This document shows, one piece after another, positions 17,842 through 27,680 of a stretch of DNA of 59,076 nt. Origin of the DNA: a virus. Lineage: Duplodnaviria > Caudoviricetes. The stretch's first letter is position 1. The number at the start of each line of letters is the position of its first letter. Both the position numbers and the translations under genes were made by a program. Where the stretch lies: positions 1 through 59,076 of the IMG/VR virus record IMGVR_UViG_3300043353_000061, one strand, 5' to 3'. Under the pieces are notes generated by a model, which did not search any database, had not been told where the DNA came from, and saw only the letters and a list, made by a program, of their open reading frames with translations.

Positions 17842-18867
17842 TCAACCGGCCTGCTCCCGAGAAGCCACGTCCCGTAGCCCGGCGATATTCTGTCCGACGT
17901 GTGAATAGGTCCGTTCGATCATGCCGATACTCGTGCCCACCAGCGCCGCCACCCGCGCTGCTGGCACCCCGGCCTCCAGCCGCTCGGTGATGTAGGCGTG
18001 TCGCGTCGCGTACACCGTCGGGGCTGTGATGCCGGTCGTCGCCATGATCGCCCGCCATCGGCTGTTCACGTTGCCCATCGTTAACTTGTGCCCGCGGTGG
18101 TTGCGGAACAGCAGGCCGGAGCCGTACTTCACCCGCTGGCGGGTGAGGGCGAGCACCGCCGCCGGGGAGAAGATGATCGTCCGCAGCTTGCCGCTCTTGG
18201 CCGTCTTGTGGTCCCTCAACACCGCCTGCGCGTTCCGCCAGTCGATCCCCTCGACGGTCAGCCCCCGCACCTCCCCCGGCCGGGCGCCGCTCTCCCACAG
18301 CACCCGCAAAAAAGCCGCATAGTCGCCAACCGCCGCCGCCTCAGCCCTGACGAACTCGGCGGCGCTCACCAGGCAGTCGGCCCCGCGGTACTCGGCCGGC
18401 GGGATTCGCACCCGGAACGCGGCACACCCTGCCCACCGCACGAACGCCTGCGCCGCCGCCAAGGTCTGCCGGACGGTGCCCCGCCGCCACCCCTCCCGGC
18501 CCGCTTCCCGCTCCACCTCCAGCGGGTCGAGGTGTTCGACGTTTCTCGCCCCGAATGTTCGAACAAGCCATGCCAGCCGGTCGGCGACATCCGTGGCGGT
18601 CTTCTGCTTGATCCTGTGCCGCACGTCCGCCACGTACTTCGGCACCAGCCCGGCCACGGTGCCCGCCCTGACGCGCTCAGAGGCCCGTGGTTGCGCGTTC
18701 GCCGGCACCCCCGCCGCTTTCAGTGCCTCGCCGAGATCGGCCGCCAGACGCGCCAATTTGGCCACCGCTTCCGCCTCGTCGGGACCCAGATTCACAAGCT
18801 TGCCCCCGTGCTTCGTGTAGTAGGCGCCGCGTCCGTTGCGCTGCCACACTTTTGCCGGCCGCCCCAT
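17842..18867 (-). CDS. int: Tyrosine integrase
   Basis: SGARPGE (R), KTAK, YATRH (HxxR variant), VGTS..MIERTY. Confidence 0.92.
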   Translation of the reverse strand: MGRPAKVWQRNGRGAYYTKHGGKLVNLGPDEAEAVAKLARLAADLGEALKAAGVPANAQPRASERVRAGTVAGLVPKYVADVRHRIKQKTATDVADRLAWLVRTFGARNVEHLDPLEVEREAGREGWRRGTVRQTLAAAQAFVRWAGCAAFRVRIPPAEYRGADCLVSAAEFVRAEAAAVGDYAAFLRVLWESGARPGEVRGLTVEGIDWRNAQAVLRDHKTAKSGKLRTIIFSPAAVLALTRQRVKYGSGLLFRNHRGHKLTMGNVNSRWRAIMATTGITAPTVYATRHAYITERLEAGVPAARVAALVGTSIGMIERTYSHVGQNIAGLRDVASREQAG

Positions 18868-18884
18868 ATTCGCCTCCTTGCGAA

Positions 18885-19090
18885 ATGGTGTCGTTTGGTG
18901 TGCCGGTACGCTCAGGATCGCGCATAACGCCTGAAAACGCTAGGCGGGATCGTAGAACTTTCTTGTCCGAACTCTTTAACGGACAAAGGTTTACGTCGAT
19001 CCGTCCGGCGTGCGTTCCGGCTGAAAACGTAGGGGGTATAGACGGAAGTGCGGGGTGCGCCAAGCGGAACGGGTTTGGTGTTCGGGGAGT
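18885..19090. other. Probable attP region
   Basis: Noncoding, next to int; repeated GTTTGGTGT and CTGAAAACG flanking a TTGTCCG..CGGACAA inverted repeat. Confidence 0.5.
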
Positions 19091-19157
19091 GGTCAGAATG
19101 TGGGCGGGGAACGACTTGGGTGGACCCGTCCCCTTACCCCTCATACCGGCGAGATGT

Positions 19158-19679
19158 TTACAGACTGGAGAAGTCAACGACGCGGGCGGGAAGTGGTTTG
19201 AGCGGTGCCGCTTTCCGCATCCGGTTGATAGCCTTCTTCGCCTTGCGGAGCGTCACCTTTTTGCCCCCTTCGAACTCCGCGGCCTCGTGGCAAGACCTGC
19301 ACACCGGAACCAGATAGCGGATTTGCTTCCCGGACAAGTCGTTGGCATGGTATCGGTTGTGGTGGACCTGCTCTGCCGGGTTCGAACACGCCACGCACCG
19401 CCGCCCCTTCGCGGCAAACACCCTTGCCCGCACCTGCTTCCACAGATCGCTTGCCAAGTATTCGGCGTAGGTGGAGAACCCCATCGCTTTGAGGTTCCGC
19501 TGCCGGCTGGCGTAGTCGTTGCCGTACACCTCTGGTGCGTTCCCGGCCTTCGAACGCTTGCCGTTCTCGGTGCGGCAGTCGGCGCACCACAGCATTACCT
19601 TCCCGTTCGCTTTCAGGAAGGCTTCCGACGGCTTGTCTTGTTGGCACTTGAGGCAGGATTTCAACATGCGATGAACCAT
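19158..19679 (-). CDS. HNH endonuclease with N-terminal zinc finger
   Basis: CLKC..CADC; CVAC..VHHNRY..VCRSCH. Confidence 0.8.
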   Translation of the reverse strand: MVHRMLKSCLKCQQDKPSEAFLKANGKVMLWCADCRTENGKRSKAGNAPEVYGNDYASRQRNLKAMGFSTYAEYLASDLWKQVRARVFAAKGRRCVACSNPAEQVHHNRYHANDLSGKQIRYLVPVCRSCHEAAEFEGGKKVTLRKAKKAINRMRKAAPLKPLPARVVDFSSL

Positions 19680-19781
19680 CGGAGAGGCGGGGAATTTTGG
19701 TCCCCCTGCCTCTCTTCGTAACCGTTCCCGCTATTGCCACGTCTGTCAAGAAAATCTGAACGTCCGACGGGGGGTGAAGTG

Positions 19782-19807
19782 GGCGTCGGGAGCCGTCCCC
19801 CGACGCC
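19782..19807. terminator. Hairpin ending the lysis-region operon
   Basis: GGCGTCGGG..CCCGACGCC stem just past stop at 19819. Confidence 0.45.
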
Positions 19808-19818
19808 GGGAAGGTGCG

Positions 19819-20199
19819 TCAGGCCGCGAGGTGTTCGGCCACCACCGCGTCGAAGTCGGCGACCGTGTGCGCGCCGGCCGCCATCATCCGCACCGGCACC
19901 GCCTTGTCCGGGAACAGGGCGTTCCAGATGGAATCCATGACCGCCCCGTCGAGCTTGTCCACCACCATCGACAGGATCGCCTTCACGAACGGCATGTGCA
20001 GCTTGGCGATCTCCGCTTGCAGGAAGGTGTGCAGCCACGACTTGAGGGCGTCGGGGGCGTTGCCCACCAGCGCCGTCGGCACCGTCGGGTTGAGGCGGTC
20101 GAGGAAGCTCTTGGCCAGGGCCGCCACCCACGCGAACTGCGGGGGCAGGAACGTCGTCAGGGCGGTCAGGATCGCGCCCGCAATCGTCTTCCAGTCCAT
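19819..20199 (-). CDS. Membrane-associated protein (holin candidate)
   Basis: Hydrophobic N-terminus, amphipathic helices. Confidence 0.6.
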   Translation of the reverse strand: MDWKTIAGAILTALTTFLPPQFAWVAALAKSFLDRLNPTVPTALVGNAPDALKSWLHTFLQAEIAKLHMPFVKAILSMVVDKLDGAVMDSIWNALFPDKAVPVRMMAAGAHTVADFDAVVAEHLAA

Positions 20200-20255
20200 C
20201 GTCGTTACCTCGTGAGGTTGGGTCTATTGTGACCGGCCGCGGGCCGGGTTGGTGG

Positions 20256-20468
20256 TCAGGCGTAGCCCTTCTTGGCACGCCGCTTGGCAATCCGCTTGCG
20301 AAAAGCCCGCGTGTCGTCGCGTGTCGTGGACCGACTCCGCCCGCCGTTCGATTTGAAGTGGCCGGGGTCGGCCGGCGGTGTGTAGCGGTGGACCTGATCG
20401 AACGGCAGGTAGGACATCTCGGCCGCGAGAACGGCGGCAGCGAGTACGGGCATGGGTGGTCGGTTCAT
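20256..20468 (-). CDS. Small basic protein
   Basis: Operon packing. Confidence 0.4.
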   Translation of the reverse strand: MNRPPMPVLAAAVLAAEMSYLPFDQVHRYTPPADPGHFKSNGGRSRSTTRDDTRAFRKRIAKRRAKKGYA

Positions 20469-20513
20469 CGCTTCTCCAAATGGTGCCGGTAACTACCGAC
20501 AGATTGGACCACT

Positions 20514-20813
20514 TCAAGAACTCCCAGACGTGTACCGCAGCGGTTGCCACGCGGGGAGCTGCACCGGGGCAACGGGCGTGTCGATCTGTCGCCCCCACTC
20601 GCCCGCCAGCCGCTCGACCTCGGCCGGGCTGGTGGACCGGGGCCAGGTGGTCGTGCGGCCCTTGTAGGTGGCGTGCCAGGCGGCGGGGGTGACGGACACC
20701 TGCACCGGCTCGACGGTGGGGCTGAAGGCGGGCGGATCACGGTAAGCCGGCGGGTCGCGGTAGGCGGGCGGCTCGGCGGTCATCGTCACGAGCAGGATCA
20801 GCGTCAGCATCAA
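20514..20813 (-). CDS. Small secreted Pro-rich protein
   Basis: Signal-peptide-like start, PPAYRD repeat. Confidence 0.55.
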   Translation of the reverse strand: MMLTLILLVTMTAEPPAYRDPPAYRDPPAFSPTVEPVQVSVTPAAWHATYKGRTTTWPRSTSPAEVERLAGEWGRQIDTPVAPVQLPAWQPLRYTSGSS

Positions 20814-20819
20814 CTCTCC

Positions 20820-21665
20820 TTAGTTGGCGGTCGGGGGTCCAGCGTCCTGGGGGTCGTCAGAGACACATTCAACGATGCACACGTCGGGCTGGTCGCCGTT
20901 GGCGAACAGGTGTTGCTCGTCCAAGTACACGCGGCCGTTGCCCCACGGACCCCAGTCCTTCCGCCACGAGTTCGGGTTGTCCAGCACCCACCGCCCGTCG
21001 GGGAGCAACTTCACCCCGTCAGCGTGGTTGCAGTGGTTCCCCGGTCCGCGGTCGTGACCGGCCACGCCGTACTTGTCGAATCGCTCGAAGTTGTTGCCCA
21101 CCATGTAGCCGTACACCGGGATCATCGGTTTCGGTAGCAACAGGGCGGTGATGATGTCGGCGTAGCTCGTCACCTGATACGCCTTCGCCAGCTTGAACCG
21201 AGCTGCCTCCGCCTTTGCCGTCGCGGGCATCCGACTTTGGTAGATGGGGTCTTGGCCGACCGTCGAGAACAGGCAGGTGCCCGTACTCATCCCGGCCGCG
21301 ATCCCGTCCGAAATCACCGCCCCTTCGTCCTGGTTGCCGTTGATGAGCGAGTAGAAGAATGCCGGCGAAAGCAGGAGCGGTTTCATACCCGCGATCGCCC
21401 GCGCCTTGCTCATCCCCATCGCCCACCCGTTCCCGACACAACTGCCGTGTTGCCCCTGGTCGAAGATGCCGAACACCGGGTCGAACGCCCGCCGGTCGAT
21501 CTCCTGCCAATCCTTCTTGTCGAACACCGGGAAGTGGTCCGCGAACCGCGGCAGCGCCTTGAACAGCCCGCCCGCGTCCGGCCGGCTGGCCAGCTTGCGG
21601 ACGTGTCCGTTGTGGTCCGTGAACTCGTCGGGCGTGTCGCCCGGCATCGCTTTCAACTGGCTCAC
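20820..21665 (-). CDS. Papain-like (C1 family) cysteine peptidase
   Basis: DQGQHGSCVG (Q/C), GNHC (H), NSW..WG..G (N). Confidence 0.88.
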   Translation of the reverse strand: MSQLKAMPGDTPDEFTDHNGHVRKLASRPDAGGLFKALPRFADHFPVFDKKDWQEIDRRAFDPVFGIFDQGQHGSCVGNGWAMGMSKARAIAGMKPLLLSPAFFYSLINGNQDEGAVISDGIAAGMSTGTCLFSTVGQDPIYQSRMPATAKAEAARFKLAKAYQVTSYADIITALLLPKPMIPVYGYMVGNNFERFDKYGVAGHDRGPGNHCNHADGVKLLPDGRWVLDNPNSWRKDWGPWGNGRVYLDEQHLFANGDQPDVCIVECVSDDPQDAGPPTAN

Positions 21666-22333
21666 TTCAGCACCCCCTTGAGTTTGGCCGCGAGGTCGGC
21701 GTCGGTGGCCGGCAGCGGGAACGCCGTCACCACCTTGCCCGCGTCGTCGAACACCAGCACGCACGACGGCCCCACCTTGGCGTCGGCCATCGCCGCGTCG
21801 TAGTTCTTGGCCTTCAGCTTCTCGGCGTCGGAAACGCTGCCGTACAGCCGGCACTTGCCCGCCGTCTTGAGCTGCCGGGCGGTCGGCCCGTCCGTCACCA
21901 TCACCGCCTTCGGGTCTGGGGCGGACTCGTTCACGATCATCACGGCCCACGTGCCCTGGGTGACGGGAACGGGTGGCGTTGGCGGCACGGGCGGTGGGAC
22001 GGGCGGCGCCGGCTGCCCGGCGACGGTGAACGTCGTACACACGCCCTCCAACTCGCCCGCCGTCCACCAACTGACCACGAACGCGGCGCCCGGCTTGGCG
22101 TCGTCCGGGCACTGGAACACGTACCGCCGCTCCCCCTTCTTCGGGGCCAGCTCCTCGAAGAACGCCTGCTCGTCGGTGAAGTTCCGTGCCAGCCCGATTT
22201 CCTTGTCCGTCTTCACGATGACGCGGATGAGTTGGCCGGGCTTGACGGCCTTTTCTTTGGGCACTTCGGGCGGTGCCGCGACCGCGAGAGCAGACGTCGC
22301 CAGCACGAGCAGTAATGCAGACGGACCACGCAT
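21662..22333 (-). CDS. Secreted protein: signal peptide, beta domain, Pro linker, thioredoxin-like C-terminus
   Basis: MRGPSALLLVLATSALAVA; PAPPVPPPVPPTPP; PSCVLVFD..GKVV. Confidence 0.7.
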   Translation of the reverse strand: MRGPSALLLVLATSALAVAAPPEVPKEKAVKPGQLIRVIVKTDKEIGLARNFTDEQAFFEELAPKKGERRYVFQCPDDAKPGAAFVVSWWTAGELEGVCTTFTVAGQPAPPVPPPVPPTPPVPVTQGTWAVMIVNESAPDPKAVMVTDGPTARQLKTAGKCRLYGSVSDAEKLKAKNYDAAMADAKVGPSCVLVFDDAGKVVTAFPLPATDADLAAKLKGVLK

Positions 22334-22356
22334 CGGTTCTCCCGTTGAGGTTGGGG

Positions 22357-23512
22357 TCAGCACTTTCCCTTGTCGCAATCCGGCCGGCTGGTCACTTCCT
22401 CGTAGCAAGCCGCGCAGTAGTAACTCCGGCACTGAGAGCACCCGCCGACCGAATGAGATTCGTCCGTCTCGCACCCGCACTCCTCGCAGGTTTGGGCGGT
22501 CGTGTCGTCATCGCCGGTCTCGGCTTCCATCACGTCCTCCAGTGGTCGATCAGGCACAGGGCCGCGGCCACCAGCCCGAGCACCAGCAGCGCGGCGGACA
22601 GGTACAGGCGGCCGAGCCAGGGGTAAAGGATGTCACTCACGGGTCGGCTCCGGCTTGGGCGGCGGTTGTTGCGTGTAGTCTTCCCACTCGGTGTCGGCGC
22701 GCATGTCGGCGACCTCTGCCGCCACGTCCACCCCACGCCAAGCGTCAGGGAACATGGCCGCGATCTTGTTCAGTGCCGCGATCGGGTCGGCCTTCTCCCC
22801 GAGATACTTTCCCATTTCCCCATCCCCCTCAGTTGTTCGGCATCCGCATCGGCACCATCGCGGGCTTCGCACGCTCCCGCAGCCTGGACAGGTCAAACCT
22901 GTGGTCACTGATCGGGCGGAACGGCGGGGTCATGGCCCAACTCCGCTCCCACGGCCCCACCAGCCCCAGCGCCTTTCCAGTCTGCCACACGATTGCGCCA
23001 TTGGTGTCGCAACTCATCCAAGCGGCGGCGGAGTCGGTGACGGGGTTCGGCTGGGCGATCAGCCAGAGGGCGGCAAAGAGGGTCACGATCTCTTGCGTGG
23101 TGGGCACGGGTCTCCCTCGTAGGCCAGACAGGAGCGGACGCGCTCCAGGAACGCGAACAGGCGGTTGCGGTGCCGGTTCCTGCGAACCCACCCGGCGAGC
23201 CACGTCCCCCAAAGCAATGACGTGGCGATGAACCCGATGATGAAGGCGTCGTAGGCGTCCATTACTTCCTCGGTTTCTTCCGTCGGAGGATTCTCCTCAG
23301 CACGCGGCTCGGATTTGGCCTCGTCATTTACGTCGCTTCCTTCGCTCCGCCTTGTCCCGTGCCGTCGGTTCATCCGGCTCTTTCACCGGCCGGTCGCACA
23401 CCCACCGGCCGCCCTCGAACCGGCACTCGCACGGGTCCATCGGGGCGCGGGCGTAAACGCAGCGGCAGTGCGCCCAACGGTCGATCACGGCCAGTTGTTC
23501 GGCGAGGGTCAC
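22357..23512 (-). other. Cluster of small ORFs (zinc-finger and membrane peptides)
   Basis: Tightly packed ORFs ending at 22357, 22530, 22633, 22829, 23083 and 23324; several have TM segments. Confidence 0.45.
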
Positions 23513-23598
23513 TTCCGCCTCCGGAACAACCACGCGGTGCCGAACGCGATGCCGGACAGCAGGATCAGGACGGCGGCGGTGGCGGCCGGCTCGCTCAT
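23509..23598 (-). CDS. 29-aa membrane peptide MSEPAATAAVLILLSGIAFGTAWLFRRRK
   Basis: Manual translation; GTGA overlap with next ORF. Confidence 0.45.
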   Translation of the reverse strand: MSEPAATAAVLILLSGIAFGTAWLFRRRK

Positions 23599-23613
23599 GG
23601 TTCACCCGTGGGT

Positions 23614-24051
23614 TCATTTCGCGTCCGGCGTCCTCAACTCGTGCGAGCCGGTGGACGGCTCCGGCATCCCCTTGCTCGTCAGCCAGTCCACCGTCTGCTC
23701 GAGCTTCGACCGCAGCCGGACGATTTCCTTCTCGTGCCGCAGGCGGGCGGACTCGGCCGTGGCCCGCACCTGCACCAATTCCTTCTTGCAGTCCCGCTCG
23801 GCGTCCCGCGAGGTGGACACCTCGGCCACCAGCCGAGTCTCGACCGCCTTGGCCCGCGCCGCCTCGTCCTCCAGCGCCTTCACCTTGGCGGCCCACCCGC
23901 CCACCGCCGCCTCGACTTCGAGCTTTTTCACCCCCGTGCGGTAGTTCAGGTAGGCGGCCCAACTGGTACCGAGGACGGTGATGAAGGCCGACGCGATCCC
24001 AACCCACGTGAGGGCTTGCCCGCCAACATCCAACTGGTCCGCGAACATCAT
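23614..24051 (-). CDS. Membrane-anchored coiled-coil protein (lysis accessory candidate)
   Basis: N-terminal TM, heptad coiled coil, GGAGG RBS. Confidence 0.65.
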   Translation of the reverse strand: MMFADQLDVGGQALTWVGIASAFITVLGTSWAAYLNYRTGVKKLEVEAAVGGWAAKVKALEDEAARAKAVETRLVAEVSTSRDAERDCKKELVQVRATAESARLRHEKEIVRLRSKLEQTVDWLTSKGMPEPSTGSHELRTPDAK

Positions 24052-24093
24052 CGGTCAACCTCCGGAGGGCACAGCGGGTCAGGTCAAGGCACT

Positions 24094-25863
24094 TCAGCCG
24101 CGGAACAGCTTGCCCCACCGCTCCATCTCGGCCCAGTGTGCGGCGGTGAACACGGGCTTGCCGCCCGGCATCGGCGGGTCGGTCGGGTTCGGGTCAACGG
24201 GCGGGTCGTCGGGGTCAGGATCGGGCACTGGGGTCGGTGTGGTGGACCTCAGCGGGTAGCACTCCAGCCGGTCGATAGGTTGGAATTTCGTGTCGCCCGG
24301 TTTGGCGATGTACATCCTCAGCGACGGGACCACGTCGCCCCTCGTGCCGGTGAACCCGAGCCACACCGGGTAGCCCTTCCCCTCTTCTACCTGCTGGAAC
24401 AGGTCCGTGAACTTCGGCCCGCCCGGACCGTTGTCCGCCTCCCCCGACAGGACGGTTTTCCCGCACCATTGGCCGAACAGTGCCCCCTCCCCCTCGAAGT
24501 GGAACAGGGCCGGGCCGGTGAAACTCGGCACGTACAGGAACGAGAAGTCCATCGCCACGTTGGGCGGGGCGAACCCCCCTTTCGGCGTTGCGTTCCCGCC
24601 ACCCCAAAAGCCGTTGGGGGGGCGCTGGAGGCTGGTGAACTTCGGCGGGGTGGAGAACGGGTCTTGAGTGTCCCACTCCCGGCAGAGGGTGACGCCCTTG
24701 ACAGCGGTGTCGTACTTCGAGGTGTCGGCGAGTGGAGTGGCCTTCTCGATCTGATCGAGCGGCGGGAATTCGGGGACGTTCAGCCACGGCGTCGGCGTGG
24801 GGGCGGGCGGCGGGGACGGTGGCGGAGGGGCCGGCGGGTCGAACGCCGCCGCCCACTTCGCCAACTGTTCGCCGGTGAACGGGGTCTTCGTCTCGGTGTT
24901 GCCGCTCTGCACCAGCCCCGGTGACGGCACGCCCGCCAGGTCGATCACGTCGCCAGCCTTCTCCGGGCTGACGGTGTTGTCAACCACTTGGCAGTTGACC
25001 ACCCCGGTCAGGTTGAAACAGGTGTAGTGGGACTGGATGGTGTTCCGGCGGATGGTCACGTTCGTGGAGGGGGAGGCGCCGTCCTGGTTGTAGACGTTGA
25101 TCGCCCACCCCTTCGACACGATCTGGTTGTCCTCGTACACCGCGTTCGTCACCCCGTCGCCCGTCGCCCCGCCGCCGGTGCCGTCCCACCCGCAGTCGAA
25201 GCACAGGTTGCGGCTGATCTGCGGCCCGACGATCATCCCGGTACACTCCGGCACCGGCGAGCCGTCCGCCTGCTTGGGGAAGATGGCCACGCTCGTCTTG
25301 TAGTCGCCGTTCAGGTGAATCGCCGCGTCGTCCGCGTGGTACAACTCGTTGTCGGTGATGACCGGGTTCTTGCAACTGTTGCCGCCGTACACGTTGTGCT
25401 GGCCGTGCGGTCTGGCACACTTGTTGAACGTGAACGTGAAGTCGTCGCACGCCGTGAAGTGGGTGTTACACCACGCTGCGTCCGTCTGCTCGGTCCGTGT
25501 GACCGTCACCCCGTTGGCGAACCCGAACCACATGTTCGTGGACGAACACTCGCCGAACTTGCCGCCAATGATGACCGTCCCGCGTGCCTCCTCCCGCCGG
25601 TTGAAGGGCAACTCCATCCGGATGCAGTGCGCACCCTTGGCAGCCCCGCCGGTGATTGCCCCGATCACCGCGTCCGGGTCGAACGTCAACTTCACCGGCC
25701 CCACCCGGATCTTGTCGGGGAACGTGTACGGGGTGCCGTCCCCCTTGGCGACGTTTACCTCGTCGTTCGCGGCCGGCGTCCAGCGGTCCAGCGTCCGCCA
25801 CGGCTTGCCTTTCGACCCGTCCCCGCCGGACGCGGCGGCGGAGTCAACGTAATAGGTCGCCAT
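24094..25863 (-). CDS. Right-handed beta-helix (pectin lyase fold) protein, candidate depolymerase/receptor-binding protein
   Basis: TYYVD..GDGS..PWRT start, parallel beta-helix repeats, Pro-rich linkers. Confidence 0.8.
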   Translation of the reverse strand: MATYYVDSAAASGGDGSKGKPWRTLDRWTPAANDEVNVAKGDGTPYTFPDKIRVGPVKLTFDPDAVIGAITGGAAKGAHCIRMELPFNRREEARGTVIIGGKFGECSSTNMWFGFANGVTVTRTEQTDAAWCNTHFTACDDFTFTFNKCARPHGQHNVYGGNSCKNPVITDNELYHADDAAIHLNGDYKTSVAIFPKQADGSPVPECTGMIVGPQISRNLCFDCGWDGTGGGATGDGVTNAVYEDNQIVSKGWAINVYNQDGASPSTNVTIRRNTIQSHYTCFNLTGVVNCQVVDNTVSPEKAGDVIDLAGVPSPGLVQSGNTETKTPFTGEQLAKWAAAFDPPAPPPPSPPPAPTPTPWLNVPEFPPLDQIEKATPLADTSKYDTAVKGVTLCREWDTQDPFSTPPKFTSLQRPPNGFWGGGNATPKGGFAPPNVAMDFSFLYVPSFTGPALFHFEGEGALFGQWCGKTVLSGEADNGPGGPKFTDLFQQVEEGKGYPVWLGFTGTRGDVVPSLRMYIAKPGDTKFQPIDRLECYPLRSTTPTPVPDPDPDDPPVDPNPTDPPMPGGKPVFTAAHWAEMERWGKLFRG

Positions 25864-25930
25864 CGTCGTGCCCTCTGTGGTCGTGTCGTCAGTCGGCGGG
25901 CGGCGTATAACGATTGCCCACCCGTTGAGG

Positions 25931-27679
25931 TCACACCGCCTGCACGAACGGGAACGTCCCGGCCGGCGCGTCCCACACCACCACCGGCGTCCAACTGCTG
26001 CTGATTGGCACCGCCGCCGAGTAGACGCCGCTCGCCGACCCGTCCTCGAACGTCTGCCCGGTGGTGTGCGGGATGAGCACCGCCCCGGTGGCCGCGTCGT
26101 ACACCGTCCATCCGAGTGTCGCCGTTTGCCCGGTGTAGTCCGGCCCGTAGGGGGCCGCGAACGCCCGGCTGGTCACGCCGGAACCGGGCAGGCTCGCGTA
26201 GGTCTTGGTGCCGCTCGTGTACCCGCTCCCGGAAACGGTCAGCGTCCGCAGGGCGGCGGTGGTCGGGGTGTAGGTGAACGTCGTCGTCGTCTGCCCGGAC
26301 AGGACGGTGGGGCTGCTCGGCGAGAACGACCCGCCCGCCCCGCCGTCCGACAGGGTGAGGGATGTGTCCGCCCCGACCGAGGCTGACGCGGTGACGGTGA
26401 ACGTCGTGCTGGCCACCGAGACGGTGCCGTAGGTCGGGCCGGTGATGGTGAGCGACGGCGCGGCCGACGTGGTCACGGTGAGCGTGTTCGAGTTCGCCGT
26501 CGCGGCGGCGTTGTCCGTCACCACCACCCGGAAGTAGGCCGCCGTGCTGGGGGTCATCCCCGTGATTGCCCAACTGCCGGTGGTGCCGGCCGCCGGGTTG
26601 GTCGAGGCGGTCGCGGGGGTGGACACCCCCGTCACGTTCGTCCACCCGGTCGAGCCGTTCGCCGAATACTGCAACTGGTTCGAGTAGGGGGACGTGCCGC
26701 CGCTGTTCGTGGCCAGGCTGAGCGTGGCGGTCGAACTCGTTACCGCACTGCTGGAGAGCGTGCCGGCCGTCGGACCCCCGGCGCCGACGGTGAAGGTGGC
26801 CGTCGCCCCGTTACTCGCGTCGGTGACGGTCTGGGCGCCGTTGGTCGAGCCGGTGAAGGTGCCGCTCGACGCGGTCGCCGTCGTCACCGCCTGAGAGCCG
26901 ATGGCGTTGCCGCTGCCCGTAATCGTGAACACCGGGGCCACCGTCGTCCACTGCGTGAGCGTGCCGGTGAAGGCGAGGGCTTGGCCGGTCGTGCCGCTCG
27001 TCGGGCTGACGGCGAACGTCGCCCCGGCACAGTCCAGCACGGTCGAGCCGCTGACGTTGCCCGAGTCCAGGTGCCACAGGTTTTGAATGTTGCTCGCGGT
27101 GTTCGACCACGCGGTCGTCGGGGCGGTGAACGACGTGGCGAGGGCGGCGGTGAAGACCCCCACCTCGTCGAGTTGGCCGGACCAGAAGCCGGTCGCAATA
27201 CCGTTGTTGGAGTACGCACCGACCAGAACGCGGTCGGTGCCGCCGGTGGCGGGGGCGTAGCTGCCGGACACGCTCATCCCGCTCGGCACCGCCCCGTCCA
27301 CCGACAGGGAGGCGGTCGTGCCGGTGACGACCAGCCGGACGTGGTGCCACGCCCCGTCGTTGTAGGTGGCCGACGACACCACGTTGGCGTTGGAGTTGTA
27401 GCCCCGCACGTTGAAGTAAATGTTGCCGGTAGCCATCCCGATGACGATGTTCGCGTTCGTGCTGTTCGTCAGGGCGATCACCGCCTGGAACGCCGAACTG
27501 CTGGACGTCTTCACCCGCGCGTCGATGGTGAAGCTCGCCCCGGCCGAGAACGAGAGCGTCGTCCCGGACGGCGTGGCGTACTGGCTCGTGCCGTTGAGCA
27601 CCAGCGCCGAGCCGAACGCGGCCGGCACGCTCGTGGTCGTGAACGTCGGGGATGCGGTCAGGGTCAGGTTGTTGGCCAT
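25931..27679 (-). CDS. LamG/concanavalin A-like and FN3/Ig-like domain virion protein
   Basis: NDGAWHHV, FWSGQLDEV, Thr/Ser-rich beta repeats. Confidence 0.8.
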   Translation of the reverse strand: MANNLTLTASPTFTTTSVPAAFGSALVLNGTSQYATPSGTTLSFSAGASFTIDARVKTSSSSAFQAVIALTNSTNANIVIGMATGNIYFNVRGYNSNANVVSSATYNDGAWHHVRLVVTGTTASLSVDGAVPSGMSVSGSYAPATGGTDRVLVGAYSNNGIATGFWSGQLDEVGVFTAALATSFTAPTTAWSNTASNIQNLWHLDSGNVSGSTVLDCAGATFAVSPTSGTTGQALAFTGTLTQWTTVAPVFTITGSGNAIGSQAVTTATASSGTFTGSTNGAQTVTDASNGATATFTVGAGGPTAGTLSSSAVTSSTATLSLATNSGGTSPYSNQLQYSANGSTGWTNVTGVSTPATASTNPAAGTTGSWAITGMTPSTAAYFRVVVTDNAAATANSNTLTVTTSAAPSLTITGPTYGTVSVASTTFTVTASASVGADTSLTLSDGGAGGSFSPSSPTVLSGQTTTTFTYTPTTAALRTLTVSGSGYTSGTKTYASLPGSGVTSRAFAAPYGPDYTGQTATLGWTVYDAATGAVLIPHTTGQTFEDGSASGVYSAAVPISSSWTPVVVWDAPAGTFPFVQAV

Positions 27680-27680
27680 G

